A stretch of 64,000 nt of DNA from Leptonemataceae bacterium (GTDB lineage: Bacteria > Spirochaetota > Leptospiria > Leptospirales > Leptonemataceae), in the NCBI GenBank assembly GCA_965227295.1, contig OZ245742.1, positions 3,136,001-3,200,000 of the forward strand, written 5' to 3'. Positions 47,744-57,330 of this stretch are shown piece after piece (the stretch's first letter is position 1; the number at the start of each line of letters is the position of its first letter). The notes beneath the pieces were generated by a model. It had not been told where the DNA came from and did no database searches. It saw nothing but the letters and a program-made list of their open reading frames with translations. Both the position numbers and the translations under genes were made by a program.

Positions 47744-49030
47744 ATGGCGGATGATGTCTCTCTTTCCGAATTGTCGGCGTTGTCCGGGGACGACGCGATC
47801 CGCGCCGTGTACATCGAGAGCGATGTCGAAGCCTACCGGCACCTGCGCCGACTCTTCGAGGCCTGGTTCGGCACCGGCATCCGCTTCCGGCACATCGAAC
47901 ATCCGGACCATCTGAACGCCGACGAGGACGGCTACGATCTGGTGATCACCGAGCTGAGTTTCGCCGGTGACGCCACCGCGCCCGAGGAGATGTTGCGGCG
48001 CATCACCCACGCCCCGCAGTTGCGGGATACTCCCGTGGTCGTAATCACAGCACTGGACGATCCGCGTCTGCCGTTGCGTGCCTTCCAGGAGGGCGTCGCG
48101 GAGTTCTATACCAAGTTCGGCCTGCGCATCTCACTCATGGAACATCGCCTGCGCAACCTGGTGCAGCGAGAAATCCGCGCCCGGGCCCTGCGCACGAACA
48201 TGAGCGATCTCATGCAGCGCTTCGAACACGTCGAGGGCGCCTCCCGGGGTGAGATTCGTTCGCTCCAGGAAACCATCGAGCAGATGCGCCGGGATCTGGA
48301 AAGTGAGTACGAAGAGAAGTTACGCCTGGAAAAAGAAAAGAACCGCATGCAGAACGTCTTCGGCATGTACGTGGATCCGAAGATCGTTCAGGGCATCATG
48401 CAGGACGAGATTACCCTGGAGCAGAAGGGCGAACGCCAGGAAATGACGGTGATGTTTGCGGACCTGCGCGATTACACGGGCATGACCGAGAACATGGAGC
48501 CGGAGAAGGTCATCTCGTTTTTGAACGAGTTCTTTACGTCCATGACCGAGGTGATCATGGGTTACGGCGGCATGGTGGACAAGTACATCGGCGACGGCAT
48601 CATGGCGCTCTTCGGCGCGCCCATCGCCGAGGAGAATCATCGGGACAACGCCGTGCTCACCGCCATGGAAATGTTTTCCATCTTTGAGCTGTGGCAGACG
48701 AACTGGGAGGCGGCCTACGGCATCCGGCCGGCCATGGGCATCGGCCTGGCCTCCGGCGAGGCGGTGGTGGGCAACGTCGGCTCGTTTCAGAAGATCTCGT
48801 ACACGGCCGTGGGCGACACCGTGAACCTGGCCGCGCGCCTGGAAGGCCTGGCCCGCCCCGGCCAACTGCTGCTCTCTAAAGATTTGTACGATAATATTAG
48901 CGAAGAGTCCCGGTCGCGCTATCAATTTGAACAACTCGAACCGTTTACGATTAAGGGCAAGTCCGCCGCCCAGCAGGTCTATCGCCTCGTGAAAGAGTTT
49001 GAGGCGGATGACATTATTCAGTTGATGTAG
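47744..49030 (+). CDS. Receiver-like + coiled coil + class III adenylate cyclase
   Basis: YDLVITE, PVVVITA; FGMYVDP, MFADLRDYT, DKYIGDGIM, YTAVGDTVNLAARLE. Confidence 0.9.
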   Translation: MADDVSLSELSALSGDDAIRAVYIESDVEAYRHLRRLFEAWFGTGIRFRHIEHPDHLNADEDGYDLVITELSFAGDATAPEEMLRRITHAPQLRDTPVVVITALDDPRLPLRAFQEGVAEFYTKFGLRISLMEHRLRNLVQREIRARALRTNMSDLMQRFEHVEGASRGEIRSLQETIEQMRRDLESEYEEKLRLEKEKNRMQNVFGMYVDPKIVQGIMQDEITLEQKGERQEMTVMFADLRDYTGMTENMEPEKVISFLNEFFTSMTEVIMGYGGMVDKYIGDGIMALFGAPIAEENHRDNAVLTAMEMFSIFELWQTNWEAAYGIRPAMGIGLASGEAVVGNVGSFQKISYTAVGDTVNLAARLEGLARPGQLLLSKDLYDNISEESRSRYQFEQLEPFTIKGKSAAQQVYRLVKEFEADDIIQLM

Positions 49031-49843
49031 TTATTTTTTTCGCGCCAGGATATGATTGTGATGGTCCGTCTGCGTGAAATCTTCGGGCAAAGGCACAAGT
49101 TCTTTCGCGCCCTTGGGCCGCAGAAATAACTCGAAACCGTGATCGCGCAGCAACCGGAAGAGCTGCGCGTTGGAGCGGCCGAACTTGCCGGACTCCTCCT
49201 CGGAGAACTCCAGGTAAATCTTTCGGATCTTCGGGAAAATGCCCGTGGCCCCTTCGAGCACCACCTGCTCGAAACCCTCGACGTCCACCTTGAGAAGGTC
49301 GATGTGGTCGTGGCGGTTCAGTTCGCTCATTTGATCCAGGCGGAGCATATCGATCTCCCCGGCGCTGTCCGGTTGAACGTGACTGACGACGTCCTCGTTT
49401 TCTTCGGCGAAGGAGACCTGACCGTTCCGATCCCCGGCGGCGGCCCGAAAGAGGCTCACGTTCTTAAGTTCGTTCAATGCAACATTACGCTCCAGAAAAC
49501 GAAACGTCGCCGGCACCGGTTCGAAGGCGTAGACGTGCCCCTCCGGCCCCACACGTTTTGCCGTGGGAATGACCGTGGTGCCGATGTTTGCGCCCACATC
49601 GATGACGACGTGGCCCGGTTCCACCAGCTCGTTCAGGAAGCGATATTCCGTGGGGCCGCCGTTGGGGCGGATCCAGTAGTGTTCCGAAAGACTGGAGGCC
49701 TGGAAGTAAATGCGGTAGTCGTTATGAACCGTGAAGGCGTGGCGGGAGCCCAGGTTCAGCTTGCGGACCAGAACCGCGATGCCGCGCCGGATGAGGCCGG
49801 GGCGGGGAAAGAGTTTCGATAACAGGCGTAAGCATAGATCCAT
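49031..49843 (-). CDS. FkbM family methyltransferase
   Basis: IDVGANIG, YAFEP, LLKVDVEGFEQVVLEG. Confidence 0.92.
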   Translation of the reverse strand: MDLCLRLLSKLFPRPGLIRRGIAVLVRKLNLGSRHAFTVHNDYRIYFQASSLSEHYWIRPNGGPTEYRFLNELVEPGHVVIDVGANIGTTVIPTAKRVGPEGHVYAFEPVPATFRFLERNVALNELKNVSLFRAAAGDRNGQVSFAEENEDVVSHVQPDSAGEIDMLRLDQMSELNRHDHIDLLKVDVEGFEQVVLEGATGIFPKIRKIYLEFSEEESGKFGRSNAQLFRLLRDHGFELFLRPKGAKELVPLPEDFTQTDHHNHILARKK

Positions 49844-49860
49844 AGAAGTGCGAACAAAGG

Positions 49861-50205
49861 TCAGCCGAAAGCGGCGACAGCCTCGTCGATGGTTTCGTGA
49901 AGTTCCAGCAGGGCGCCGAAGCCGAGCAGGTTGATGAGCTTTTTTACGTTGGGGTTTGCGCGGGCCAGTTTCAGGTCGCCGCGTTTTTCGCGCACCGCCT
50001 GGGCACACTGAAGCATGGAACCCATGCCCGCGCTCGAGATGTAACCGATCTCGTGGAGGTCCAGGACGATCTTCGCCTCGCTGTTCATGTTGAGATCCTG
50101 GAGGAATCGGTGCAGTTCCGGCGCCGTATTGCTGTCCACGTGACCGGTCAGAAAGACCACGGTCGCCGCGCCGCGTTGTTCCGCTGTCATGTGCAATCGA
50201 CTCAT
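49861..50205 (-). CDS. STAS domain anti-sigma factor antagonist
   Basis: GHVDSNTAPEL, LDLHEIGYISSAGMG (phosphorylatable Ser), LLGF. Confidence 0.93.
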   Translation of the reverse strand: MSRLHMTAEQRGAATVVFLTGHVDSNTAPELHRFLQDLNMNSEAKIVLDLHEIGYISSAGMGSMLQCAQAVREKRGDLKLARANPNVKKLINLLGFGALLELHETIDEAVAAFG

Positions 50206-50921
50206 GTTTGTCTTCCAAAAATGATGTCGTTCGCACGAAAGCAGAGTTCGTCGAGACGACTTTCGACCAGGTCCGCCTGTTCGGCAAGGACGGCTTCGTC
50301 GGCATTCTCGGCCGGCACGATAGGCTCGCCGATGACCAGGGCCACCCGGGAAAACGGAAGCGGGAGCGCAAAGTCGTCCCAATTCGGCCCGACCACGCGG
50401 CGGGAAAATCCCATGCCCACCGGGACCACGACCGTATCCGCTTTCTTCGCCATGTAGACGACACCGGGCTTCGCTTTGTAAATGGGTCCGTGCGGACCGT
50501 CCGGGGCTACCAGGGCCGGTGTGCCGTCTTTGATGATCTTAATGAAGTTTATGATTCCCTGGGACTGACGGCCGAGGGAAGCATCCAGCACTTCGTATCC
50601 CATGCCGCGAATCGTTTTCAGGCCGATCTCGCGAAAGTAATGCGTCCAGGAGTTCTCGTACTCCTTCGTGCGGGGATGATCGGAATATATACAAACGCCG
50701 CGGGAGTGCAAACAGAAAATCGCCGCATCGACAAAAGTATGCCAGACGGCGAAGATATAGTTCTGCCGACGGGCGTGCAACATACGCAAATGGTCGTCGC
50801 CTTCTACTACGTATTCCAGAGTGGATTGATATACCGAAAGGACTAGCGAACTGAGGCTCGCCAGAAAGCCGGTGGATAATTCGTACCACCGCCGTCGCAG
50901 AGGATGTCTCGGAAGGCCCAT
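50202..50921 (-). CDS. DUF374 / lysophospholipid acyltransferase family protein
   Basis: IFAVWH, APDGPHGP, KPGVVYMA, WDDFALPLPFSR. Confidence 0.85.
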   Translation of the reverse strand: MGLPRHPLRRRWYELSTGFLASLSSLVLSVYQSTLEYVVEGDDHLRMLHARRQNYIFAVWHTFVDAAIFCLHSRGVCIYSDHPRTKEYENSWTHYFREIGLKTIRGMGYEVLDASLGRQSQGIINFIKIIKDGTPALVAPDGPHGPIYKAKPGVVYMAKKADTVVVPVGMGFSRRVVGPNWDDFALPLPFSRVALVIGEPIVPAENADEAVLAEQADLVESRLDELCFRANDIIFGRQT

Positions 50922-50966
50922 ATAACTATGCGCGGCCCGGGCCGCTTAGAATCGTCTCAGTAAAAC

Positions 50967-52295
50967 CTAGAATAGCGAATACACGATGCCGGCGACCGTG
51001 CCGGTGATCATGGTGGCCAGGGTGCCCGCCACGATGGAGTGAAAACCCAGCGCGGCAATTTCCCCGCGGCGTTCCGGGGCCATGCCGCCCAGACCGCCGA
51101 TCATGATGCCCAGGCTGCCCAGGTTTGCAAAGCCGCACAGAGCGTAACTTAAGATGAGTTGCGTTTTGTCGGAGAGGGCCACGTAGCCGGCGGGCAGGTC
51201 GGCTCCTTCTTCCAGGCCGGCCGGCAACGTAACGTGGGCCACGAGGTCGCTGTAGGCGATGAATTCGTTGGTGATGGTCTTGATGCCCATCAACTCCCCG
51301 GCCTTGAACGCCTCGGCGTACGGAATGCCCATGAGCCAGGACAGCGGCATCATGATCACGCCCAGGATGGTTTGCAGCCACTGCGGGTTCGGATTGTCCG
51401 AAACGAAACCGTGGATCCAGGCGAAGAACGTATTCACCAGGGCCACAAGGGCGATGAGTACGATCAGCATGGCGATGATGTTCAGCCAGAGCTTCAGACC
51501 GTCGAGGCCGCCCTGGGTGACGGCGTCCATGGAGTTCTCGGCCGGATGCGGGGCGATGAGTTCGCCGGACGTCGGTGTTTCGTTTGCTTCCGGCGGAACC
51601 ATAAGGTGAGCCATGACGATGGCGGCGGGGGCGCTCAAGATCGAAGCCACAAGCAGATGTCCGAGGGCCGCGTCGCCGAGCACACCCTGCAGGACGAAGG
51701 CGTAGAGCACCATCATGGTACCGGCGATGGTGGCCATGCCCGTGGCCATCACCATGAACAATTCGCTGCGGCTTAACTTCTGCATGTACGGTTTTATGAA
51801 GAGCGGGGCCTCCACCATGCCGACGAAGATGTTCGCCGCCGCCGAAAGCCCCACCGCACCGCCGATGGAAAGCGTCTTTTCGAGCGCGAAGGCGAGGCCG
51901 CGCACGATGAGCGGTAGAATCTTCCAATAAAACAACAGTGACGTGAGCGCGCCGATGACCATGACGAGCGGCAGGGCTCGAAAGGCCAGGATGAAACCCG
52001 CCGGCGGATTCGTGGTTTCGAACGGGGTGAAGGAGTTGCCGCCGACGTACCCGAACACGAAGGACGTGCCCGCGCCGGTGGCGTCGTCCAGGGCTTTGAC
52101 GAGATTGTTTAAGTACAACAAGCCCTGCTGGATGATCGGCACCTGTAAGAGAATCACCGCGAGCACGATCTGCAACAAGAGACCGACGCCCACGAGTTTC
52201 CAGGAGACCGCGCGCCCGGACTCCGTGAGCCGGCCGATGCCCCAGGCGATGCCGCAGAAAACGAGAATACCGAAAAGAGCCTGAACAATCGTCAT
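50967..52295 (-). CDS. NupC/CNT Na+-dependent nucleoside transporter
   Basis: GTSFVFG, AANIFVGMVEAPL, GMATIAG, NEFIAY, YALCGFAN. Confidence 0.93.
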   Translation of the reverse strand: MTIVQALFGILVFCGIAWGIGRLTESGRAVSWKLVGVGLLLQIVLAVILLQVPIIQQGLLYLNNLVKALDDATGAGTSFVFGYVGGNSFTPFETTNPPAGFILAFRALPLVMVIGALTSLLFYWKILPLIVRGLAFALEKTLSIGGAVGLSAAANIFVGMVEAPLFIKPYMQKLSRSELFMVMATGMATIAGTMMVLYAFVLQGVLGDAALGHLLVASILSAPAAIVMAHLMVPPEANETPTSGELIAPHPAENSMDAVTQGGLDGLKLWLNIIAMLIVLIALVALVNTFFAWIHGFVSDNPNPQWLQTILGVIMMPLSWLMGIPYAEAFKAGELMGIKTITNEFIAYSDLVAHVTLPAGLEEGADLPAGYVALSDKTQLILSYALCGFANLGSLGIMIGGLGGMAPERRGEIAALGFHSIVAGTLATMITGTVAGIVYSLF

Positions 52296-52340
52296 ACACC
52301 GCAAGACATCTTATACCGTGTGTAAAATCCAGTGAAAAAT

Positions 52341-53891
52341 TCAGTCCAGAACGGCGTTCAGGCGACGGGCCAGGGCCTCCCCGGCCACGGCGTTGCCGGC
52401 ATTGTTCCAGTGAAAATCGTTGGGGTAGTACAGGCCGTCATCGGCCCGGGCACGGAATTCCGGCAGCAGGTCCACACAGTGCAGGTCGTTCTGTTTGCAG
52501 ATGGAGCCGATCTTTCGATTTACCAGCAGGGGATCGAAGGCCGCGTCCCGGAGCCACCAGTAGCGCCGGGTGACCTCCCATTCGGCGTCGGAGATCTGAA
52601 ATCGCATGGGGAAGATCGCAAAGACCACGGGTACGTCGCCGGGAGCCGCCGCCTGGATCTTCACGAGCGTCTTCGCATACGCATCCCACACTTGATTCAC
52701 CGTCGCATCGGTTTCGCGCAGGTAGAGACCCAGGCCGTGTTCCCAGAAACGCAGCGCTCCAGGGCGACCGTTGTCGTACGGCATCGGTGTGATGCGATTG
52801 CCGTAGATTCGCAGCGCAAGGTCCAGAAGGCGCAGACGCCGGCCGTAATCTGAAACGTAATCGCTTTCGCTCTTCTCGTACGCATGAGCGGGCAGCATGC
52901 TGCTTGCGAGGACGGCCTCGCTTTGCCGGCGCAGCGCCGGCGATGGAGCGGCGCGGGCGTGAAAGTAGGAACCGTGCACGTCGTTCGCTTCGCAGATGCC
53001 GATCACGATCACGTCGGCATCGAAGGCGTTTTTATTGCCGTAGCGGCGCATCCACTGCAACGCCTCGTACTGATCAAGAGTATGCGCCGGAAAGACACGC
53101 ACGCTGCGTTCGCGTTCGGCCAGGGATCTTTCCAGGACGCTGCTGATCATGCGCTCCTGGTCGATGCGGTAGCCGACGCTGAAGCTGTCGCCGAGCAGGA
53201 TGATGCGCAGTTCATCTTGCGGCTTCGGCAGTTTCAGCTCATGGTCCGTGCGAAAGCCGTGCGCATTCGTGCGCGCCGCGATGGGCCGGCCGTAGCCGTC
53301 TTTCATGGTTAGGTTCAAGTTCGGTGCGAGGCCGCCGCCGGGACCGAAGCCGTCCTGAAAGAGATCGCCGTAGTCTTTGAGGCGACTGTCCGCCGCGGAG
53401 AAGCCGGAACGCAGGAGACCGAGTTCCACGACGATCAACACCGGTTCGGCGAGCAGTAATAGAAACAAAACGAAAGTTAGCAGTCCGGCGCAGCGCCGGA
53501 ACCAGGGGCCCGCGGGCAGGCGGCCGGACAGCAAATGCAGCGAGATCGCCGCGAAGAGCAGCAGCACCGCGAGCTTTACGTACAGGAACTGAGCCCGATC
53601 GAGCATTGCGGCGCCGGCGAATAGTACGACGATCCATGCCCAGTCCCGGAGCCGTCCCGGCGGGGCTGCTTTCTGTCGGCGAAAGTACGCGAACAGGAAG
53701 GCCGCCACGAGTAAAGGGGACAGGGCGGGCAGTAGAAACCGGGGCAATAAAATAGAGAACGGCAAAAACTCCAGTGCGCGTCCGCCGCTTTCCGCATTTA
53801 AGCGAAGGAACAATAGAGCCAGAGGCAGGACGCACAGCAGTGCCGTGGCCAGCGCGACGATGAAGTAGACGGCGATGCTACGCTGCGACAT
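52341..53891 (-). CDS. Membrane-anchored SGNH/GDSL hydrolase (AlgX/AlgJ-like)
   Basis: N-terminal TMs, TNAHGFR, LGDSF, DFHWNNAGN. Confidence 0.8.
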   Translation of the reverse strand: MSQRSIAVYFIVALATALLCVLPLALLFLRLNAESGGRALEFLPFSILLPRFLLPALSPLLVAAFLFAYFRRQKAAPPGRLRDWAWIVVLFAGAAMLDRAQFLYVKLAVLLLFAAISLHLLSGRLPAGPWFRRCAGLLTFVLFLLLLAEPVLIVVELGLLRSGFSAADSRLKDYGDLFQDGFGPGGGLAPNLNLTMKDGYGRPIAARTNAHGFRTDHELKLPKPQDELRIILLGDSFSVGYRIDQERMISSVLERSLAERERSVRVFPAHTLDQYEALQWMRRYGNKNAFDADVIVIGICEANDVHGSYFHARAAPSPALRRQSEAVLASSMLPAHAYEKSESDYVSDYGRRLRLLDLALRIYGNRITPMPYDNGRPGALRFWEHGLGLYLRETDATVNQVWDAYAKTLVKIQAAAPGDVPVVFAIFPMRFQISDAEWEVTRRYWWLRDAAFDPLLVNRKIGSICKQNDLHCVDLLPEFRARADDGLYYPNDFHWNNAGNAVAGEALARRLNAVLD

Positions 53892-53908
53892 GAACGCCGC
53901 CGGCGCTC

Positions 53909-54979
53909 TTACGCCGTTACCGGCGCGGGTTCCGGGAGGTAAGTTTGGTACTTCTTCTTCAGCTCGAACATTTCCGCGGCGTCCTTAATGAGGTTGCCGA
54001 GTACCTTCGGAGTGATGGCCTGTTTCGGGTCGTCGCCGATGCCCTTGCCGGGTTGGCAGTGCGTTTCGATGCACAGGCCGTCCGCGCCGTAGGCGATGGC
54101 GGCGAGGGCCGCCTGGGGAACGTAGTCCGCCTTACCGACGGAATGCGAAGGATCCACCACTACCGGCGCCCAGGTCATTTGCTTCAGCAGCGGGGTGATG
54201 CACTCGTCCGGATGATTGCGGTAGCCGTCGATGCCGGGCACGGTGCCGCGCGGGCAGAGCACCACGTTCGGGTTGCCGCTCGCCACGATGTACTCCGCGG
54301 CGGAGACGAATTCTTTCATGGGGCCCATGTGCATGCCGCGCTTGAGCAAGATGATGATGTTCTTGTGCGCGGTGTACTCGCCGATCTTTTTCAGCAATGA
54401 GTAGTTGAGGGCGTTGCGTGCGCCCACCTGGATCATATCCGCACCCGCGTCGACGGCGATGCGCAGTTGTTCCTCGTCCATGACCTCGGTGTTGATCGGC
54501 AGGCCGGTCTCTTCCCGCGCACGCAGGAGGACCTCAATGGCCTTCGCATCCCCCTGGTACGAGTGCGGGGACGTGCGCGGTTTCCAGACGCCGCCGCGCA
54601 GTACGTGGGCGCCGGCTTCTTTCACGCCGTGCGCCGATTCGAGGTAGTACTGCGGATTCTTCGGATCGATGGTGCAGTGGCCGGCGACGATGAGCATGTC
54701 CCGTCCCAGGGTGCGGCCGGCAATGGCGATGTCGTGGCGGGCCAGCTCCGAATCCACGTCCATGAGTTTGAACGGGGACTGGATGGTATCGACGCGCTCG
54801 ATGTAGTGCAGGCCTTCGACGCGGTTGATCATGAGCTCGTGACGTTCGTCACCGCGAATGGCATAGATGGTACGGGTGGCGCCGGGAATCGGCGAGAGGG
54901 TGCAGCCGAACTCTTCGAGGATGGCGGTCACCTCGTTAACCTGAGCGTCGGTGAGTTTGTCTTCTCTGGGAATGATCAT
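53909..54979 (-). CDS. aroF: DAHP synthase, class I-beta with N-terminal regulatory domain
   Basis: LRGGVWKPRTSPHSYQG, QVGARN, LLKRG, DPSHSVG, GADGLCIETH. Confidence 0.85.
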   Translation of the reverse strand: MIIPREDKLTDAQVNEVTAILEEFGCTLSPIPGATRTIYAIRGDERHELMINRVEGLHYIERVDTIQSPFKLMDVDSELARHDIAIAGRTLGRDMLIVAGHCTIDPKNPQYYLESAHGVKEAGAHVLRGGVWKPRTSPHSYQGDAKAIEVLLRAREETGLPINTEVMDEEQLRIAVDAGADMIQVGARNALNYSLLKKIGEYTAHKNIIILLKRGMHMGPMKEFVSAAEYIVASGNPNVVLCPRGTVPGIDGYRNHPDECITPLLKQMTWAPVVVDPSHSVGKADYVPQAALAAIAYGADGLCIETHCQPGKGIGDDPKQAITPKVLGNLIKDAAEMFELKKKYQTYLPEPAPVTA

Positions 54980-55175
54980 ACCGGTACCTGTGAAAGCGCG
55001 CATGCAATAGTTTGCGCATTTATAATTGTTCTAACGATACGTCGAAGATCGGCGCAGTACGACCAGTCTTTTTCGACTTTTTTCATGTTAGACGGGCGTT
55101 TCGCGCACTTTTTGAATCAAAGCAGAAACATAATGACGGATGCGCCCTGGATCGAGGAATTTTTTGAGGCCTTGC

Positions 55176-56642
55176 TCAGCGAAGCATCAACATCCAGCGT
55201 TCCAGATCTTCCGGGCGGATGCCGAGGCGCTGCCAGGCCGCAAAGTTCCAGTGATGGAAGCTGTGTTGGAGATGCCTGCGCAGGGAGGCCGTTGTCACCG
55301 TTATAAAACCGGCTCCCGGATCGGCCGCGCGCGGTCCTTGAGGCGCGGCGAGTTCCTGCGATGTTGCGTCCCCAATGGCACGGACGGCCAGGCCGAGTTC
55401 CCGTGCCAGTTCTTCCATACCCGCGACGGCCACCCGGTTTTTCGCCGTAAGTTCCCGCCCGTACCCGCCCGGGCGATACATCTCCAGCGAACGCGTACGA
55501 CGGACGCATTCCCGGGCGAACTCGGTGTAGCCGGTCCCCCGGACATGGGATCGACTGCCGTCACTGCGAAACGAGGTCCCGGCCGTCCAGAGCGTCTCCG
55601 CTCCGATCATCCGCGCGAAATGCAGGGCCGGGCCCACGGCGTTGCGCGGCGGATTGTTCCATTCCGGCAACCCTTCCAGGGCGCCGCCGGGGGCAGCGAG
55701 TAGCTGATCCAGCGGGGTGGTGGAGCGATAGAGCAGGATGCGATCGAACCACAGTTGGAGAAAGCGCGGTCCGGCCAGGTTCGTAAGCACGGGGATGTGG
55801 CCGAGTTGTTCCGGCGGAAGCAATGCCGCCGCGGCGGCAAAGTGATAGTAGCTGCCGCGCCCGCTGTCCACGGAAATGATCAGGTCCGGCCGGATGCCGC
55901 GGGCGAACAAGGGGGCAAGCGCGGTGTCGACGGCGATGACCGTTGCCGATTGTAGGAACTCCGACGAAAGCCGATCGAGGTCCCGGGGGAGCCCCGGGCC
56001 GGCCCCGCAGTAGAGCGCAGACCGTCCGGCCACCGGCTCGTGGGATGCGCCTCCCGGAAACTCCAGTTTACCGGTCGCGTCCGCCAGGCGGCAGAAGGCA
56101 TTGCGGGTCCACTGGCGTAGAAAGTGTGATCGGGTGGCGGTGTCCACGTCCGTTCCACCCGATCCTCCGGCCGGTTGTAGGAACTCCTGCAATTGCCGGC
56201 CGAGGTCGGGGAAGCGGCGGGCGTAGGCCGGCAGCACTTCGATGCGATACGAACCCGGTCCCCGGGCCACGGCCTCGCGCAATGCGACGGCATTGTCGGT
56301 GATCAGACGGGCCCCCAGGTCTTCCAGTGCGGAAAGCCGGCCGTGTTCCTGGAGCAGGGCGAAGACCTCGGGAGACGGTTCGAAGAAGATCATCGCGGCG
56401 AAGCGTTCCGGGGCGAGGGCGCGTAGTTCCTCCAGGACATACCCCCAGCCGATGCCGACCACGATGAGGGGGGCTGGATTGCCCGGGGAATCGATCAGGG
56501 TTGCGGCGGAGCGGCGGGCCTCGCGCACCGGATCGCGGGTGGAGTGCAGGGCCTCTTTCTGGAACCACAGGTTGTCGGTTCCGCCGACGTTGGCCGAGTA
56601 GGTAACGGGAATCGCGGGAATGAGGCGTTGCGGCTGCGCCAT
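55176..56642 (-). CDS. Maf/MptE-like (DUF115) motility-associated factor family protein
   Basis: LHSTRDPVREA, GIGWGY, FFEP, GAGPGL, IAVDTA, GIRPDLIISVD. Confidence 0.8.
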   Translation of the reverse strand: MAQPQRLIPAIPVTYSANVGGTDNLWFQKEALHSTRDPVREARRSAATLIDSPGNPAPLIVVGIGWGYVLEELRALAPERFAAMIFFEPSPEVFALLQEHGRLSALEDLGARLITDNAVALREAVARGPGSYRIEVLPAYARRFPDLGRQLQEFLQPAGGSGGTDVDTATRSHFLRQWTRNAFCRLADATGKLEFPGGASHEPVAGRSALYCGAGPGLPRDLDRLSSEFLQSATVIAVDTALAPLFARGIRPDLIISVDSGRGSYYHFAAAAALLPPEQLGHIPVLTNLAGPRFLQLWFDRILLYRSTTPLDQLLAAPGGALEGLPEWNNPPRNAVGPALHFARMIGAETLWTAGTSFRSDGSRSHVRGTGYTEFARECVRRTRSLEMYRPGGYGRELTAKNRVAVAGMEELARELGLAVRAIGDATSQELAAPQGPRAADPGAGFITVTTASLRRHLQHSFHHWNFAAWQRLGIRPEDLERWMLMLR

Positions 56643-56695
56643 GCGGCCGGCCGTACTAACGAAAACGGCGGACCGGGGTCCGCCGCTTCAGTGAG

Positions 56696-57208
56696 TCAGG
56701 TGTCGTCGGAATCACCGAAGTCGCTGTCGTAGTCGTCATCATCGTCGTCGTCATCGTCATCGTCGACATCCGAGTCGTCGTCGTCATCATCATCATCGTC
56801 ATCATCATCGAAATCGTCGTCGGAGTCGTCATCATCCGAATCGTCAGCTTCGTTGCTGGCCTCTTGAAAGCCTTCCGGCGCATGCTCGGGGCGCGCGAAG
56901 GTCGGTTCTTCCAGTTCGCCGCTGGCGGCGTCCCGGGCCTCGCCGAAGACCGCGTCCAGCTGGGCCCGCCTGGAGTTTTCCATTTCCGCGGCCAGGGAGG
57001 CGCGCTGTTCGTCGTCGATGTAGTCCCAATGAACGATCTCGTCGACCAGGGCATACATGGCTTTGACAGCCGGCTTGCGATGGATGATCTTCTTTGGGAT
57101 GTCGATCTGCTCGAGGAGATCGATGACCTCAAAGGCGGCGACGGCTGTGGCGTACTTGTTCTGGTCCGACAGCGACAGCAGCCGGCTGATTTCGAATTCT
57201 TTAGACAT
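56696..57208 (-). CDS. Putative RNA polymerase omega-like protein with long poly-Asp tail
   Basis: NKYATAVAA and RKPAVKAM segments resemble the omega conserved regions. The last ~49 residues are mostly Asp. Confidence 0.5.
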   Translation of the reverse strand: MSKEFEISRLLSLSDQNKYATAVAAFEVIDLLEQIDIPKKIIHRKPAVKAMYALVDEIVHWDYIDDEQRASLAAEMENSRRAQLDAVFGEARDAASGELEEPTFARPEHAPEGFQEASNEADDSDDDDSDDDFDDDDDDDDDDDDSDVDDDDDDDDDDDYDSDFGDSDDT

Positions 57209-57330
57209 GCAGGTAGGCTCGCAGGGTAGGAACGTGCAAAATACCGGATCGTCGCAGGGGCCGTCCCGGTCAATAGATTTTCTTCTAAAAAAGAGGTTTC
57301 CGGAACCACCGGCACCCCTTTGTTGGATGT

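Noticed and set aside
49031..50464. 477-aa ORF as a single long FkbM protein
   Set aside because: Its upstream part overlaps the STAS and DUF374 genes in another frame. Methyltransferase-like sequence begins near ATG 49843.
56699..56846. Trinucleotide microsatellite or phase-variation tract
   Set aside because: Mixed TCG/TCA triplets in frame encode poly-Asp, and length changes would not shift the frame.
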